A DNA stretch of 64,000 nucleotides from Paracoccus sp. (in: a-proteobacteria) (GCF_047973135.1 NZ_JBKEBL010000027.1:10071-74070); one strand, 5' to 3'. Shown: positions 20,057 through 30,835, counted from the stretch's first letter. Made by a program: numbers and translations. The notes: generated from the sequence alone by a model not told the origin.

Positions 20057-21622
20057 ATGGCCGCGGCTGGCGAGGTTGTCATCATCGGATCGGGCATCAA
20101 CGCGCTGACCGCCGGGGCCATGCTGGCCAAGGCGGGCAGGCGGGTGACGCTGTTCGAACGCGAGGCGGTGGCAGGCGGCTGCATCCGCTCGGAAACGCTG
20201 GTCGAGGGGGTGGTGCATGATCCCCTTGCCACGACCTTTGTGCTGTGGGTCACGGGGGCCGCGCATGGCGCGCTTGCCGCCGATCTGGCCCGGCACGGGG
20301 TCGAATTTTGTGCAACCGATACCCCGACCGGGGTGCTGCTGCCTGACGGGCGGGCGCTGGTTTACAAAACCGACCGCGCGGCGAATGTGGCGGCCTTCGA
20401 TGCGGCGCATCCGGGCGACGGGGCGCAGCTTGCGGCGGATCTGGACGCTTTCGCGGGCAATGCGAACCTGCTGTTCGGACTGATGGGGGGCGACCCGTGG
20501 TCGCGGTCCACGGCAAAGCTGCTGGCGAAAGAGGGCTGGCGGCGCAAGCCGCGCGGGCTTGCCAGCACGCTTGGCGGGGCGCTGACCTCGATGCGGGGCT
20601 GGCTTGAGACCTCGTTCGGGTCCGATCTGACACGCGCTCTGTGGGCACCGTGGTGCCTGCATGCGGGGCTTGGCCCCGAGGCGGCGTTTTCGGGGCAGAT
20701 GGGGCAGGTGATCGGCTTTGCGCTTGAGGCGGCATCCGCGCCCGTGGTCAAGGGCGGGGCGGCGAATATCGTCCGCGCGCTGGTCGCGATCATCGAGGAA
20801 CATGGCGGCACGCTGCGCACCAATGCCGAGGTGGCGGAAATCACCGTCGCGGGCGGGACGGCGACGGGCGTGCGACTGACAAGCGGCGAACAAGTCGCGG
20901 CGGCGACGGTGCTGGCATCGGTCACGCCAAACCAGCTTTACGGGCGGCTTGCGCCACAGCCCGCGCGGCAGGACGATCTGCGCAAGTATCGATATGGAAA
21001 GGCAAATTTTCAGATTCACTATCTGATTGACGGGGATGTGCGGTGGAAAACGCCGGGGTTGGAGAGGGTGCAATTGCTGCATCTGACGCCGGGGCTGGAC
21101 GGGGTGTCAAAGGCTGGAAACGAGGCGGAACGCGGTATGCTGCCCGAAACCCCGACGATCTGCGTGGGCCAGCCCTGCGCCGCCGATCCGACCCGCGCGC
21201 CTGCGGGTCAGACCGTCCTGTGGCTGCAAATGCCCGAGGCTCCGCGCGTGGTCAAAGGCGATGCGCGGGGGGAAATTCCCGTGTCGGCTGACGGGCAATG
21301 GAACGAGGCGCTGCGCGAGGCCTTTGCCGACCGGATCGAAGCGATCCTTGACGAACACATCGAAGGGTTCCGCGACGGGGTGGTGAAACGCCGCGCGATC
21401 TCGCCCGCTGATCTTCAGGGCTATAACATGAACCTTGTCGGCGGCGATCCCTATGGCGGGGCCTGCACGCTGGACCAGTTCTTCCTGTTCCGCCCCTTTA
21501 CGGACAGCCGCCGCCACGACACGGGCGTCGGGGGGCTGTATCACATCGGGGCCTCGACACATCCGGGGCCGGGGCTGTCAGGCGGATCGGGCTTTCTGGT
21601 CGCCAAGGAGTTGGGCGCATGA
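20057..21622 (+). CDS. Phytoene dehydrogenase-like FAD-dependent oxidoreductase (paralog 1)
   Basis: IIGSGINAL Rossmann motif, NLVGGDPYGG, GASTHPGPGLSGGSG. Confidence 0.85.
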   Translation: MAAAGEVVIIGSGINALTAGAMLAKAGRRVTLFEREAVAGGCIRSETLVEGVVHDPLATTFVLWVTGAAHGALAADLARHGVEFCATDTPTGVLLPDGRALVYKTDRAANVAAFDAAHPGDGAQLAADLDAFAGNANLLFGLMGGDPWSRSTAKLLAKEGWRRKPRGLASTLGGALTSMRGWLETSFGSDLTRALWAPWCLHAGLGPEAAFSGQMGQVIGFALEAASAPVVKGGAANIVRALVAIIEEHGGTLRTNAEVAEITVAGGTATGVRLTSGEQVAAATVLASVTPNQLYGRLAPQPARQDDLRKYRYGKANFQIHYLIDGDVRWKTPGLERVQLLHLTPGLDGVSKAGNEAERGMLPETPTICVGQPCAADPTRAPAGQTVLWLQMPEAPRVVKGDARGEIPVSADGQWNEALREAFADRIEAILDEHIEGFRDGVVKRRAISPADLQGYNMNLVGGDPYGGACTLDQFFLFRPFTDSRRHDTGVGGLYHIGASTHPGPGLSGGSGFLVAKELGA

Positions 21623-22065
21623 CCAGCCTGCCCGGCGATCTGGAACAGTTCACCCCCTATCTGATGAATCGCATCATCGCGCGCTACAACAGGGCGGTCG
21701 AGACCGCGCTGAAAGAGGTTGGAATTTCCGTGCCGCAGATGCGCGCGCTTTCCGTTCTGGCCGAAAGCGGGCCACGCACGGTCAACGAGCTGTCGGTGAT
21801 GACGGTGATCAAGCAATCGACCTTTTCGCGCACGCTGGATTCGATGGAGCAGGCGGGGCTGATCCGGCGCGAGGCGCAGGACGATGACGGTCGCGTCCGT
21901 CTGATCGTTCTGACCGATGCGGGCCGTGCGGCCTATCGCGCCGCCTGGCCCGCGATGTCGGGCATGCGCGACACGATGCTGGCCGCGCTGAGCGAAACCG
22001 AACGCGCGATTTTCAACGCGCTGCTGACGCGGATCCTGCATGACATCCGCCACCATGATTTCTGA
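21619..22065 (+). CDS. MarR family regulator
   Basis: KQSTFSRTLDSMEQAGLIRR...DGRVRLIVLTDAG; ATGA overlap. Confidence 0.92.
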   Translation: MTSLPGDLEQFTPYLMNRIIARYNRAVETALKEVGISVPQMRALSVLAESGPRTVNELSVMTVIKQSTFSRTLDSMEQAGLIRREAQDDDGRVRLIVLTDAGRAAYRAAWPAMSGMRDTMLAALSETERAIFNALLTRILHDIRHHDF

Positions 22066-22113
22066 TCGTCGCCCGCGCCGTGCGGGCCAGATGTAACCTG
22101 AAGGGAACCACCC

Positions 22114-24258
22114 ATGGCCGAACGCTCATTCGCCAAGGAAGTCAAAAAGTTGAAGATGGGTGCGGGCGAGACCTTCACCGGCGAGGGGATTCTTGCGATC
22201 ACCAAGGCGCTGCTGGAAAGCGGTGTCGGCTATGTCGGCGGTTATCAGGGCTCGCCCATATCGCACCTGATGGATGTGCTGGCCGATGCGCAGGATATTC
22301 TGGGCGAGTTGGGCGTGCATTTCGAGGCTTCGGCATCCGAGGCGACGGCAACCGCGATGCTGGCCGCGTCGGTGCATTATCCGATCCGCGGGGCCGTCAC
22401 CTACAAATCGGTGGTGGGCACGAATGTCGCCTCTGACGCGCTGTCCAATCTGGCATCCGGCGGAGTGACGGGCGGCGCGCTGATCATCGTGGGCGAGGAT
22501 TATGGCGAAGGCTCGTCCATCATGCAGGAACGCAGCTATGCGTTTGCGATGAAATCGCAGGTCTGGATGCTGGATCCGCGCCCCAACCTGCCTTCGATCG
22601 TCAAGGCGGTGGGCGACGGTTTCGCGCTGTCCGAGATCTCGAATAGCCCGGTGATGTTGCAGGTGGGCATCCGGTCCTGCCATGTCCACGGCCAGTTTAC
22701 CGCATCTGACAACCGGCGCCCGCCGCTCACGGTGTCGGATGCGCTGGAAAACCCGAAACGCGACCTGAACCGCATCGTCCTGCCGCCCGCGACCTATCTG
22801 CACGAGGCGGAAAAGCTGACGAAACGTCTGCCCGCCGCGCAGGATTTTATCCAGACACAGGGCATCAACGAACGTTTCGGCAAGCCGGATGCCAAAATCG
22901 GGCTGATCCTGCCTGGCGGAGCCTATAACACCGTCATCCGCGCACTGAACCGGCTGGATCTGGCCAATATCTATGGCGACACCGATCTGGACATGCTGGT
23001 CCTGAATTGCGTCTATCCGCTGGTGGACAGCCAGATCCTCGATTTCTGCGACGGCAAGGATGCCGTTCTGGTGATCGAAGAGGGGCATCCCAATTACATC
23101 GAACAGCAGATTGCCCATATGCTGTACAAATCCGGCCGCACCGTCGCGCTTGAGGGCAAGGGCATGCTGCCGATGGGCGGAGAGCTGACCGGGCAGGTCA
23201 TGGTCGAGGGCATCGGCAAGTTTCTGACCGCCCATGCCCCCGACCGGATGCCGATCGCCAAGCTGGCCACGAACGAGGAACCCGTCGCCATCCCCGACCT
23301 GTCGCAGGTGCTGCCCGCGCGTCCGCCGGGGTTCTGCACCGGCTGCCCGGAACGCCCGATCTTTGCCGCGACCAAGCTGGTCGAACAGGAACTGGGCAAG
23401 CATCACATTTCATCGGATATAGGTTGCCATCTGTTCTCGATCATGCCGCCCTTCGATCTGGGCGCGACGACGATGGGCTATGGCCTTGGTCCGGCCTCGG
23501 CGGCGGCGTTTCACAACAAGAACAAGGGTGGACGGCGCGCGATTTCCTTCGTGGGTGATGGCGGGTTCTGGCATAACGGGCTGACCAGTTCCATCGGGAA
23601 TGCGGTGTTCAACAAATCCGACAATGTGATCATCATTGTGGATAACTATTATTCCTCGGCCACGGGCGGGCAGGACATCCTGTCCTCGCGCGCAGATAAC
23701 GCGACCAGGCAGACGCAAAATTCCATCACCGACGCAGTGAAGGGCATGGGCGTCAAATGGGTGCGCCAGATCGACCGCACCTATGACGTCACAAAGATGC
23801 GCGACACCCTGAAAGAGGCGCTGACCACCGAAGAAACCGGCCCCAAGGTCATCGTCGCCTCGTCCGAATGCATGCTGAACAAGCAGCGCCGCGTCAAACC
23901 CGAAATGGCAAAGGCCGCCGCCGATGGCCAGCGCGTCGTGCGGCCCCGGTTCGGCGTGGACGAGGATGTCTGCACCGGCGATCACGCCTGTCTGCGGCTG
24001 TCGGGCTGTCCGTCGCTGTCGATCCGCGACACCGGCGATCCGCTGCGCGATGATCCGGTCGCCTCGATCGATCAGACTTGCGTCGGCTGCGGCAATTGCG
24101 GCGAGGTCGCGGATGCCGCCGTGCTGTGCCCCAGTTTCTATCAGGCCGAAGTGGTCTCGAACCCGAATGAGCGTGAAAAGCGCCGCGCGGGCCGGGCGCA
24201 AAGGCTGATGTCGTGGCTACAAGCCCGCCGCGACGCCCGCCGCATCTTGATTGCCTGA
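22114..24258 (+). CDS. iorA: Indolepyruvate:ferredoxin oxidoreductase alpha-like subunit (TPP, 4Fe-4S)
   Basis: GGYQGSP, RPPGFCTGCPER, DIGC, GDGG...N TPP motif, C-terminal CTGDHAC...CVGCGNC ferredoxin domain. Confidence 0.9.
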   Translation: MAERSFAKEVKKLKMGAGETFTGEGILAITKALLESGVGYVGGYQGSPISHLMDVLADAQDILGELGVHFEASASEATATAMLAASVHYPIRGAVTYKSVVGTNVASDALSNLASGGVTGGALIIVGEDYGEGSSIMQERSYAFAMKSQVWMLDPRPNLPSIVKAVGDGFALSEISNSPVMLQVGIRSCHVHGQFTASDNRRPPLTVSDALENPKRDLNRIVLPPATYLHEAEKLTKRLPAAQDFIQTQGINERFGKPDAKIGLILPGGAYNTVIRALNRLDLANIYGDTDLDMLVLNCVYPLVDSQILDFCDGKDAVLVIEEGHPNYIEQQIAHMLYKSGRTVALEGKGMLPMGGELTGQVMVEGIGKFLTAHAPDRMPIAKLATNEEPVAIPDLSQVLPARPPGFCTGCPERPIFAATKLVEQELGKHHISSDIGCHLFSIMPPFDLGATTMGYGLGPASAAAFHNKNKGGRRAISFVGDGGFWHNGLTSSIGNAVFNKSDNVIIIVDNYYSSATGGQDILSSRADNATRQTQNSITDAVKGMGVKWVRQIDRTYDVTKMRDTLKEALTTEETGPKVIVASSECMLNKQRRVKPEMAKAAADGQRVVRPRFGVDEDVCTGDHACLRLSGCPSLSIRDTGDPLRDDPVASIDQTCVGCGNCGEVADAAVLCPSFYQAEVVSNPNEREKRRAGRAQRLMSWLQARRDARRILIA

Positions 24259-24269
24259 GGATCGTTCCG

Positions 24270-25823
24270 ATGAATGCGCAAACCAAACCCATCGTCGCCC
24301 GCCGCTCTCCCGGTCCTGATGGCGAAACCATTATTACCCTCGCCGCGCTGGCCGTGGGCGGGCAGGGCGGAGGCGTTCTGACCGACTGGATCGTCGGCGT
24401 GGCCGAGGCCAGCGGCTATCGCGCGCAATCCACCTCGGTTGCGGGCGTGGCGCAGCGGACCGGCGCGACCATCTATTATATCGAGATGTGCCGCGATACC
24501 GGGCGGGCGCCGGTCTTTGCGCTGTCGCCTGCCGTGGGCGATGTCGATATCCTGATCGCTGCCGAGCTGATGGAGGGCGGGCGCGCCGTCATGCGCGGTT
24601 TCGTGACGCCGGGCCGCACCACGCTGATCGCTTCGACCCACCGCATTCCCTCGGTCGCGGAAAAGATCGTTCCCGGCGATGGCCGTGCCGATGGCCCGCA
24701 GGTGCTGGAGGCGATGGGTATCGCCGCCGATCAGATCGTGGCTTTCGATATGGAAAACATCGCCAGGCAGGCCGGTTCGGTGATTTCCTCGTCGCTTCTG
24801 GGTGCGCTCGCCGGGTCGGGCGCGCTGCCCTTTTCGCGCGACGCCTATGAACAGGTGATCCGCAGTTCCGGGCGCGGGGTCGATGCCTCGCTGGCCGCCT
24901 TCGCCGAGGCTTACGAGGTCGCGCAGGGTAATAAATCGGCCCCGGTGCTTGAGGAAACCCCGCCACGGCCTGCCCCGGCGCTGAAGGTTCCGGACCGGCT
25001 CAAGGCCAGATGGCAGGCGCTTGAGGCACGGGTTGCCGCCCTGCCGGAACCCGCGCGCGACATGGCGCATGCGGGCTTGGGCAAGGTCGTCGATTATCAG
25101 GATGTGGCCTATGGCGCGCAATATCTGGACATGGTCGAAAAACTTGCCGCTCTGGATGCGGCACCTTTCGATCTGACGGTGAATGCCGCGAAATACTGCG
25201 CCCGCGCGTTGTGCTATGACGACATCCTGCGCGTGGCCGATCTGAAAACCCGCGCCGCGCGGATGGATCGCGTCCGGGCCGAGGTTTCGGTGGCGGATGA
25301 TCAGGTTCTGATGCTGACCGAATATTTTCATCCCCGGTTCGAGGAATTCGTGACGACCCTGCCGACCCCGCTTGGCCGCCTGTTGCGCCGCAGCAAGGGG
25401 GTTCAGTCGCTGTATGCGCGCTGGTTCGACAAGGGCCGCCGCATCCGCACCGACCGCATCGGCGGGTTCCTGTCGCTGTGGATCGTGTCGGCGCTGCGGC
25501 CCCGACGGCGGTGGCTGCTGCGCCACAAGGGCGAGATGAGTTTCGTCGGCGAATGGTTCGTCACCGTCCTGCGGCTGGCCGCGACGGACCGGGCGCTGGC
25601 CGCCGAGCTGCTGGCCAATTACCGGCTGATCAAGGGCTATTCCGACACTCACAGCCGCAGCCTGTCGAAGTTTTCCCGCGTCATGGGCGCTTTGCCCCTG
25701 CTTGAGGGGCGGCCCGACGCCGCCGACTGGATGCGTCGCCTGCGCGTCGCCGCGCTGGAGGATGAGCAGGGCGAGAAACTGGACGGAGCCATCGCCACCG
25801 TCAAGTCTTTTGCGGCGGGCTGA
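24270..25823 (+). CDS. iorB: Indolepyruvate oxidoreductase beta-family subunit with long C-terminal extension
   Basis: AVGGQGGGVL, GVAQRTGAT; C-terminal YDDILRVADLK and RLIKGY segments. Confidence 0.88.
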   Translation: MNAQTKPIVARRSPGPDGETIITLAALAVGGQGGGVLTDWIVGVAEASGYRAQSTSVAGVAQRTGATIYYIEMCRDTGRAPVFALSPAVGDVDILIAAELMEGGRAVMRGFVTPGRTTLIASTHRIPSVAEKIVPGDGRADGPQVLEAMGIAADQIVAFDMENIARQAGSVISSSLLGALAGSGALPFSRDAYEQVIRSSGRGVDASLAAFAEAYEVAQGNKSAPVLEETPPRPAPALKVPDRLKARWQALEARVAALPEPARDMAHAGLGKVVDYQDVAYGAQYLDMVEKLAALDAAPFDLTVNAAKYCARALCYDDILRVADLKTRAARMDRVRAEVSVADDQVLMLTEYFHPRFEEFVTTLPTPLGRLLRRSKGVQSLYARWFDKGRRIRTDRIGGFLSLWIVSALRPRRRWLLRHKGEMSFVGEWFVTVLRLAATDRALAAELLANYRLIKGYSDTHSRSLSKFSRVMGALPLLEGRPDAADWMRRLRVAALEDEQGEKLDGAIATVKSFAAG

Positions 25824-25824
25824 G

Positions 25825-27369
25825 ATGGACAAGCCGGTCCTGATCATCGGTTCCGGGATCAACGGTCTTGTCGCGGCTGCCGATCTGGCGGCGCGGGGCA
25901 AGCCTGTGCGGGTGCTGGAACGCGGGCCCGCGCCCGGTGGTGCGGTCAGAACCGAGGAGCTGACCTTGCCCGGCTTTCGCCACGATGTTGCGGCGATGAA
26001 CCTGTCGATGTTCGCCGGTTCCGCCTTCATGGCGGCGCATGGGCCGGAAATGGCGCGGCACGGGCTGGAATTGGTGCCCATCTCCAACCCCTTCGCGCAG
26101 GCGCTTGAGCCGGGCGATTTCGTCGGCGTCTCGACCGATATGAACCGGACGCTGGCCAGCTTTGCCTCAGAGGCCGACAAGGACACCTGGCGCAAGCTGA
26201 TGGATGATTTTCCCCGGCGTGTGGCCGTGATCGGTGCCCTGCTGGGTACGCCAATGACACGCGGTTCCCTTGCGCGCCTTCTGGGCAGGACGCTCTGGTC
26301 GTGTGGATTCGCCGAAACGATGCAGATCGCGCGGTTTCTTGTCACCTCGCCCCGAAGCTGGCTGGAACAGACCTTCGAGGATCCGCGCCTGATCACCGCC
26401 CTGTCCACCTGGGGCATGCATCTGGATTTCGCCCCCGACATCGCGGGCGGCGCGATTTTTCCGTATCTTGAGGCGATGGGCGGGCAGGCCATGGGCATGG
26501 TCATTGGCAAGGGCGGGGCCGATACGGTGACGCGCGCGCTGGTTGCCATGATCGGGGCGCATGGCGGCACGGTGGAATGTGGCTCTGAAGTCACCGCGAT
26601 CCGGCACCGTGATGGCCGTGTGGCGGGGGTTGACGCGGGTGGCCAGACCATCGCGGCCGACAGGGTTCTGGCAGGGCTTGCGCCGAAACATCTGCTGCGC
26701 CTCATCGGTTCCTCCGGAGACCAGCGTTTCGACCGGGGCCTTGCGCAGTTCCGCCATGCGCCGGGCACGATGATGCTGCATCTTGCGCTGGACCAGCCGG
26801 TGCCCTGGCTTGCCCCGGACCTGAGGGATTTCGCCTATGTCCATATCGGTCGTTCCATCGACACGGCGGCGGCGACCTATGCGCAGGCCATGGCTGGGTT
26901 GCTGCCTGCGGCGCCGCTGCTGGTCGTGGGCCAGCCCTCGCTGTTCGACCCGGCCCGCGCGCCCGAGGGCAGGCATGTGCTTTGGGTGCAGGCGCGCGTC
27001 GTTCCCGCTGATATCAGCGGCGACGCCGCGGGCCGGATCGACGCGCGCGACTGGGATGCGGCAAAGCAGCCGATGGCCGATCGCGTGCTGGACCTGATCG
27101 AGGAACAGGCCCCCGGCTTTCGCCAGACGATCCTTGGCCTTGCCATCCACTCGCCGCCGGAACTGGAGGCCGACAATCCCAATCTGGTCGGCGGGGACCA
27201 GATCTGCGGCTCGCATCACCTGAACCAGAATTTCCTGTTCCGGCCCGTCAGCGGTTTTGCCGACGGGCGCACGCCACTGGCGGGATTGCACATGATCGGT
27301 GCGGCCTGCTGGCCGGGGGCGGGAACCGGCGCAGGATCGGGCTTTCTGACCGCCCGTTCAATCCGGTGA
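25825..27369 (+). CDS. Phytoene dehydrogenase-like FAD-dependent oxidoreductase (paralog 2)
   Basis: IIGSGINGL, GGAVRTEELTLPGFRHD, NPNLVGGDQICGSHH, GAACWPGAGTGAGSG. Confidence 0.85.
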   Translation: MDKPVLIIGSGINGLVAAADLAARGKPVRVLERGPAPGGAVRTEELTLPGFRHDVAAMNLSMFAGSAFMAAHGPEMARHGLELVPISNPFAQALEPGDFVGVSTDMNRTLASFASEADKDTWRKLMDDFPRRVAVIGALLGTPMTRGSLARLLGRTLWSCGFAETMQIARFLVTSPRSWLEQTFEDPRLITALSTWGMHLDFAPDIAGGAIFPYLEAMGGQAMGMVIGKGGADTVTRALVAMIGAHGGTVECGSEVTAIRHRDGRVAGVDAGGQTIAADRVLAGLAPKHLLRLIGSSGDQRFDRGLAQFRHAPGTMMLHLALDQPVPWLAPDLRDFAYVHIGRSIDTAAATYAQAMAGLLPAAPLLVVGQPSLFDPARAPEGRHVLWVQARVVPADISGDAAGRIDARDWDAAKQPMADRVLDLIEEQAPGFRQTILGLAIHSPPELEADNPNLVGGDQICGSHHLNQNFLFRPVSGFADGRTPLAGLHMIGAACWPGAGTGAGSGFLTARSIR

Positions 27370-27431
27370 CGGCCACGCATTCATAACACACCCGGCCAAT
27401 CGGGGTTAACGACCAACAGGAGAGTGTAACG

Positions 27432-28970
27432 ATGACCCAAGGGACAAATCTGACCAGGCGGGGCTTTCTTGGCAGTTCGGCCACGCTGACCGCGCTGCTG
27501 GCCTCGGGGCTGCCGGGGCTGGCGCAAGAGGGCGGGGATCTGACCATCGCCTATAATCTGCCCGTTCAAAGTTGGGATCCGACCACCGGCCCCTCGGCGG
27601 TGAATCCGGCGTTGCAGGCGGTCTATCTGGCGGTGTTCGACCGTTATATCGGCCAGAACCCGGATCTGTCCTTTGGCCCCGGCCTGCTGACCGAATGGGG
27701 CTTCAGCGAGGACAGGACAAAGATCACCATGACCGTCCGCGAGGGGGTCAAATGGCATAATGGCGACGATTTCACGCCCGAGGACATCGTCTGGTCGCTG
27801 ACCCGCGCGGGCGATCCGGCAACGGGCAATCCGATGCAGTTCGTCTGGGGCAAGATCGGCAATTTCAGCGTCGAGGGGAATGTGATCACCGCCGACGTAC
27901 TGGATTTCGAACCCGCGCTGTTCAAGTGGATGGCCTTTCTGACGGGTTTCGTCCTGCCCAAGACCTATTACGAACAGGCGGGTGCGGCGGGCTTTGAAAA
28001 GGCCCCGGTCGGCACCGGCCCCTATGTGGTCGATGCCTTCGAACAGGGGGCCTATCTGCGGTTGAAGGCGTTCCCGGATTACTGGGGCGACAAGCCCGCA
28101 TTCGATACGGTGACGATCAAGTTCGTGACCGATGCCGCCTCGCGCGTGGCCGAGGTGGAATCGGGCAATTCCGATGTGACCGCCAATATCCCGTACGAGG
28201 AATATGACCGCCTGACCGCAAGGGACGGGCTGTCGGGCGAAGCCGTGCCCGTCACCGATATCGGCATGATCTTTTTGAACGATATCGGCGTCATGCTGGA
28301 CAAAAATGTCCGCCTCGCCGCCCATCACGCCATCGACAAGCAACTGATCATCGACCGTCTGCTGCGCGGCTATGGCGTGCCGCTGTCCACGCTTGAGGCC
28401 CCCGGATACGCCGCCTATGACCCCGGTATCGTCATCGGATATGACCCGGAAAAATCGAAAGAGCTGCTGGCTGCCTCGGGCTTTTCGACCGACAACCCGG
28501 TGAAATTCACCATCCAGACCACGCGCGGCTTCAAGCCCAAGGATTACGAGATGATCCAGGCCATTGTCGGCATGTGGCGCAAGGTCGGGATCGAGGCCGA
28601 AATCGAGGTCTATGAGATTGCCAAGCATTACGAATTGCGCGCCGCCGACACGCTGGCCCCGGCGGCCTTCTACAATTGGGGAAATTCCATCGGCGACCCG
28701 TCTACCTCGACCGGGTTCGCGATGTTCGGCCCCTCGCCGCATTCGGTCTGGGATTCGTCCGATCTGGCCGACATGATCGCCCCGCTGTTCACCGAACCCG
28801 ACGAGGAAAAGCGGATCGCGGGGTACAAGGCCGTGTCGGGCTATATCGCCGAACAGGGCTATGTCATCCCGATCCTGCAATATGTGATGCCTGTGGTGTT
28901 CCGTTCGGATCTGACGGTGACGCCTTACACCTCGGGCGACCTTCTGCCGCAGGCCATAGGCAGGGCCTGA
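27432..28970 (+). CDS. ABC transporter substrate-binding protein (family 5), Tat signal
   Basis: TRRGFLG twin-arginine motif; VKWHNG, PVGTGPY. Confidence 0.92.
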   Translation: MTQGTNLTRRGFLGSSATLTALLASGLPGLAQEGGDLTIAYNLPVQSWDPTTGPSAVNPALQAVYLAVFDRYIGQNPDLSFGPGLLTEWGFSEDRTKITMTVREGVKWHNGDDFTPEDIVWSLTRAGDPATGNPMQFVWGKIGNFSVEGNVITADVLDFEPALFKWMAFLTGFVLPKTYYEQAGAAGFEKAPVGTGPYVVDAFEQGAYLRLKAFPDYWGDKPAFDTVTIKFVTDAASRVAEVESGNSDVTANIPYEEYDRLTARDGLSGEAVPVTDIGMIFLNDIGVMLDKNVRLAAHHAIDKQLIIDRLLRGYGVPLSTLEAPGYAAYDPGIVIGYDPEKSKELLAASGFSTDNPVKFTIQTTRGFKPKDYEMIQAIVGMWRKVGIEAEIEVYEIAKHYELRAADTLAPAAFYNWGNSIGDPSTSTGFAMFGPSPHSVWDSSDLADMIAPLFTEPDEEKRIAGYKAVSGYIAEQGYVIPILQYVMPVVFRSDLTVTPYTSGDLLPQAIGRA

Positions 28971-28974
28971 TCGG

Positions 28975-29982
28975 GTGCTGTTTCAGACCGTTCTGATCCG
29001 GCTTCTGACAACGGTGGTGACGCTGTTTGGTGTTGCCGTCGTGGTTTTCACGCTGGTGCGCGTCGCGCCCGGCAACCCGATCGCGATGATGCTGCCCCCC
29101 GGCGCGACCGAGGCCGACATCGCCCGCCTGACCGCCCTGTACGGGCTGGACAAAAGCCTGCCGCAGCAGTTCGCGATCTGGCTGGGCGATGTGATGCAGG
29201 GGGATTTCGGCACCTCGATCACGCTGCGCCAGCCCGTCGTCGGACTGGTGTTCAGTCGCCTTCCCGCAACGCTTGAACTGTCGCTGATGGCGCTGGTCAT
29301 CGCGGTTCTGCTGGGGGGCTGCACCGCCATCCTTGGCGCGCGCAGGCGCGGCACCGTGACGGAACTGGGGCTGGATCTGACCTCGGGCGCGGTGCTGTCC
29401 ATCCCCGATTTCCTGTGGGGTCTGATCTTTGTGCTGCTGTTCGGCGTGCTGTGGCCGGTCTTGTCCATCTCGGGGCGGATCGACCCGAGGCTGAGTTTCG
29501 ATTTCACGACGAATTTCTATGTGGCCGAAGGGGTGCTGCGCGGTCGATGGGATGTGGTCGGATCGACGTTGGCGCATATGCTGATGCCGGCGATGGCGCT
29601 GGCCCTGCCTCTGGCGGCGATGATCGCGCAGATGCTGAAACAGAACCTGAAAGAGGCGCTGTTGCAGGATTATACGACGCTGGCGCGGGTGCGCGGCTTT
29701 TCGGAAACCGCCGTGATCCTGCGCGAGGCGTTGCGCAACGCCGCCCTGCCGACGCTGACCCTGATCGGGGTACAGTTCACATTCCTGATTGGCGGCACGG
29801 TGATCGTGGAAAGGCTGTTCGCCTATGAGGGGCTGGGGAACATGGCCATCGACGCGGTGATCAACCGCGACCTGCCACTGATTCAGGGCATCGTTCTGCT
29901 GTTCGCGGCGCTGTTCATCGCCATCAACCTGATGGTCGATCTGTCCTATACCCTGCTGAACCCGAGGCTGCGCCATGGCTGA
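28975..29982 (+). CDS. ABC permease (DppB-like)
   Basis: YGLDKSL, GDFGTS, RLPATLEL, IVERLF; GTG start. Confidence 0.92.
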   Translation: MLFQTVLIRLLTTVVTLFGVAVVVFTLVRVAPGNPIAMMLPPGATEADIARLTALYGLDKSLPQQFAIWLGDVMQGDFGTSITLRQPVVGLVFSRLPATLELSLMALVIAVLLGGCTAILGARRRGTVTELGLDLTSGAVLSIPDFLWGLIFVLLFGVLWPVLSISGRIDPRLSFDFTTNFYVAEGVLRGRWDVVGSTLAHMLMPAMALALPLAAMIAQMLKQNLKEALLQDYTTLARVRGFSETAVILREALRNAALPTLTLIGVQFTFLIGGTVIVERLFAYEGLGNMAIDAVINRDLPLIQGIVLLFAALFIAINLMVDLSYTLLNPRLRHG

Positions 29983-30835
29983 TCTTTCCGCCGCAAGGTC
30001 CCGCCGCACGGGCGGCCCGAACCTGAGGCTGTGGTTGCCGCTGATCTGGCTGGCCATCCTTGCGCTGGCCGCGATCCTTGCCCCGTATATCGCCCCACAG
30101 GATCCGCTGATGCAGGATCTGATGCTGGAACGCCTGCCGCCCTTGTTCATGGCAGGCACAGAACCGGGGTTCTGGCTGGGGACCGACAGTCTGGGGCGCG
30201 ATGTCCTGTCGCGGATGATTTTTGGTGCGCGCATCGCGCTGTTCGTCAGCCTGATCGCCGCAACGCTGACCTGCCTCGTCGGATCGGCGCTTGGGCTGGT
30301 CGCAGGCTATTTCGGCGGTTGGTGGGATCGTGTCATCTCGCGGCTGATCGACATCTGGATGGCCTTTCCGCCGGTGCTGTTCGCCGTTCTGCTGGTCGCC
30401 GTGATGGGCACGGGCCTGACCTCGGTGATTGCCGCAATCGCGCTGATCGACTGGACCCGCTTTGCCCGCGTCATCCGGGCCGAGACGATGGTGCAGGCGC
30501 GCATGGACTATGTGGACAGCGCGCGGATCGGCGGGGCAGGGCGGCCGGGCACGCTGATCGGGGAAATCCTGCCCAACGTCCTGCCTTCGATCATTGCGCT
30601 GCTGATGCTGGAAATGGGTATCGCGGTCATTGTCGAGGCGATCCTGTCATTCGTGAACCTGTCGATTTCGTCCGACGATCCCACATGGGGCTCGATGATT
30701 GCCGAAGGGCGCAATGCCATCCATTTCGCCTGGTGGGTGCTGCTGTTCCCGCTGATTGCCCTGTTCCTGACCGTTCTCAGCTTTTCGACGCTTGGCGAGG
30801 GGTTGAAACAACGCTTTGATCCGGTGCTGCAATGA
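29975..30835 (+). CDS. ABC permease (DppC-like)
   Basis: LGTDSLGRDVLSR, EILPN, EAILSF. Confidence 0.92.
   Translation: MADLSAARSRRTGGPNLRLWLPLIWLAILALAAILAPYIAPQDPLMQDLMLERLPPLFMAGTEPGFWLGTDSLGRDVLSRMIFGARIALFVSLIAATLTCLVGSALGLVAGYFGGWWDRVISRLIDIWMAFPPVLFAVLLVAVMGTGLTSVIAAIALIDWTRFARVIRAETMVQARMDYVDSARIGGAGRPGTLIGEILPNVLPSIIALLMLEMGIAVIVEAILSFVNLSISSDDPTWGSMIAEGRNAIHFAWWVLLFPLIALFLTVLSFSTLGEGLKQRFDPVLQ

Noticed and set aside
20057..27369. Carotenoid biosynthesis cluster
   Set aside because: No crtE/B/Y/W/Z genes; the CrtI-like genes sit among catabolic and uptake genes
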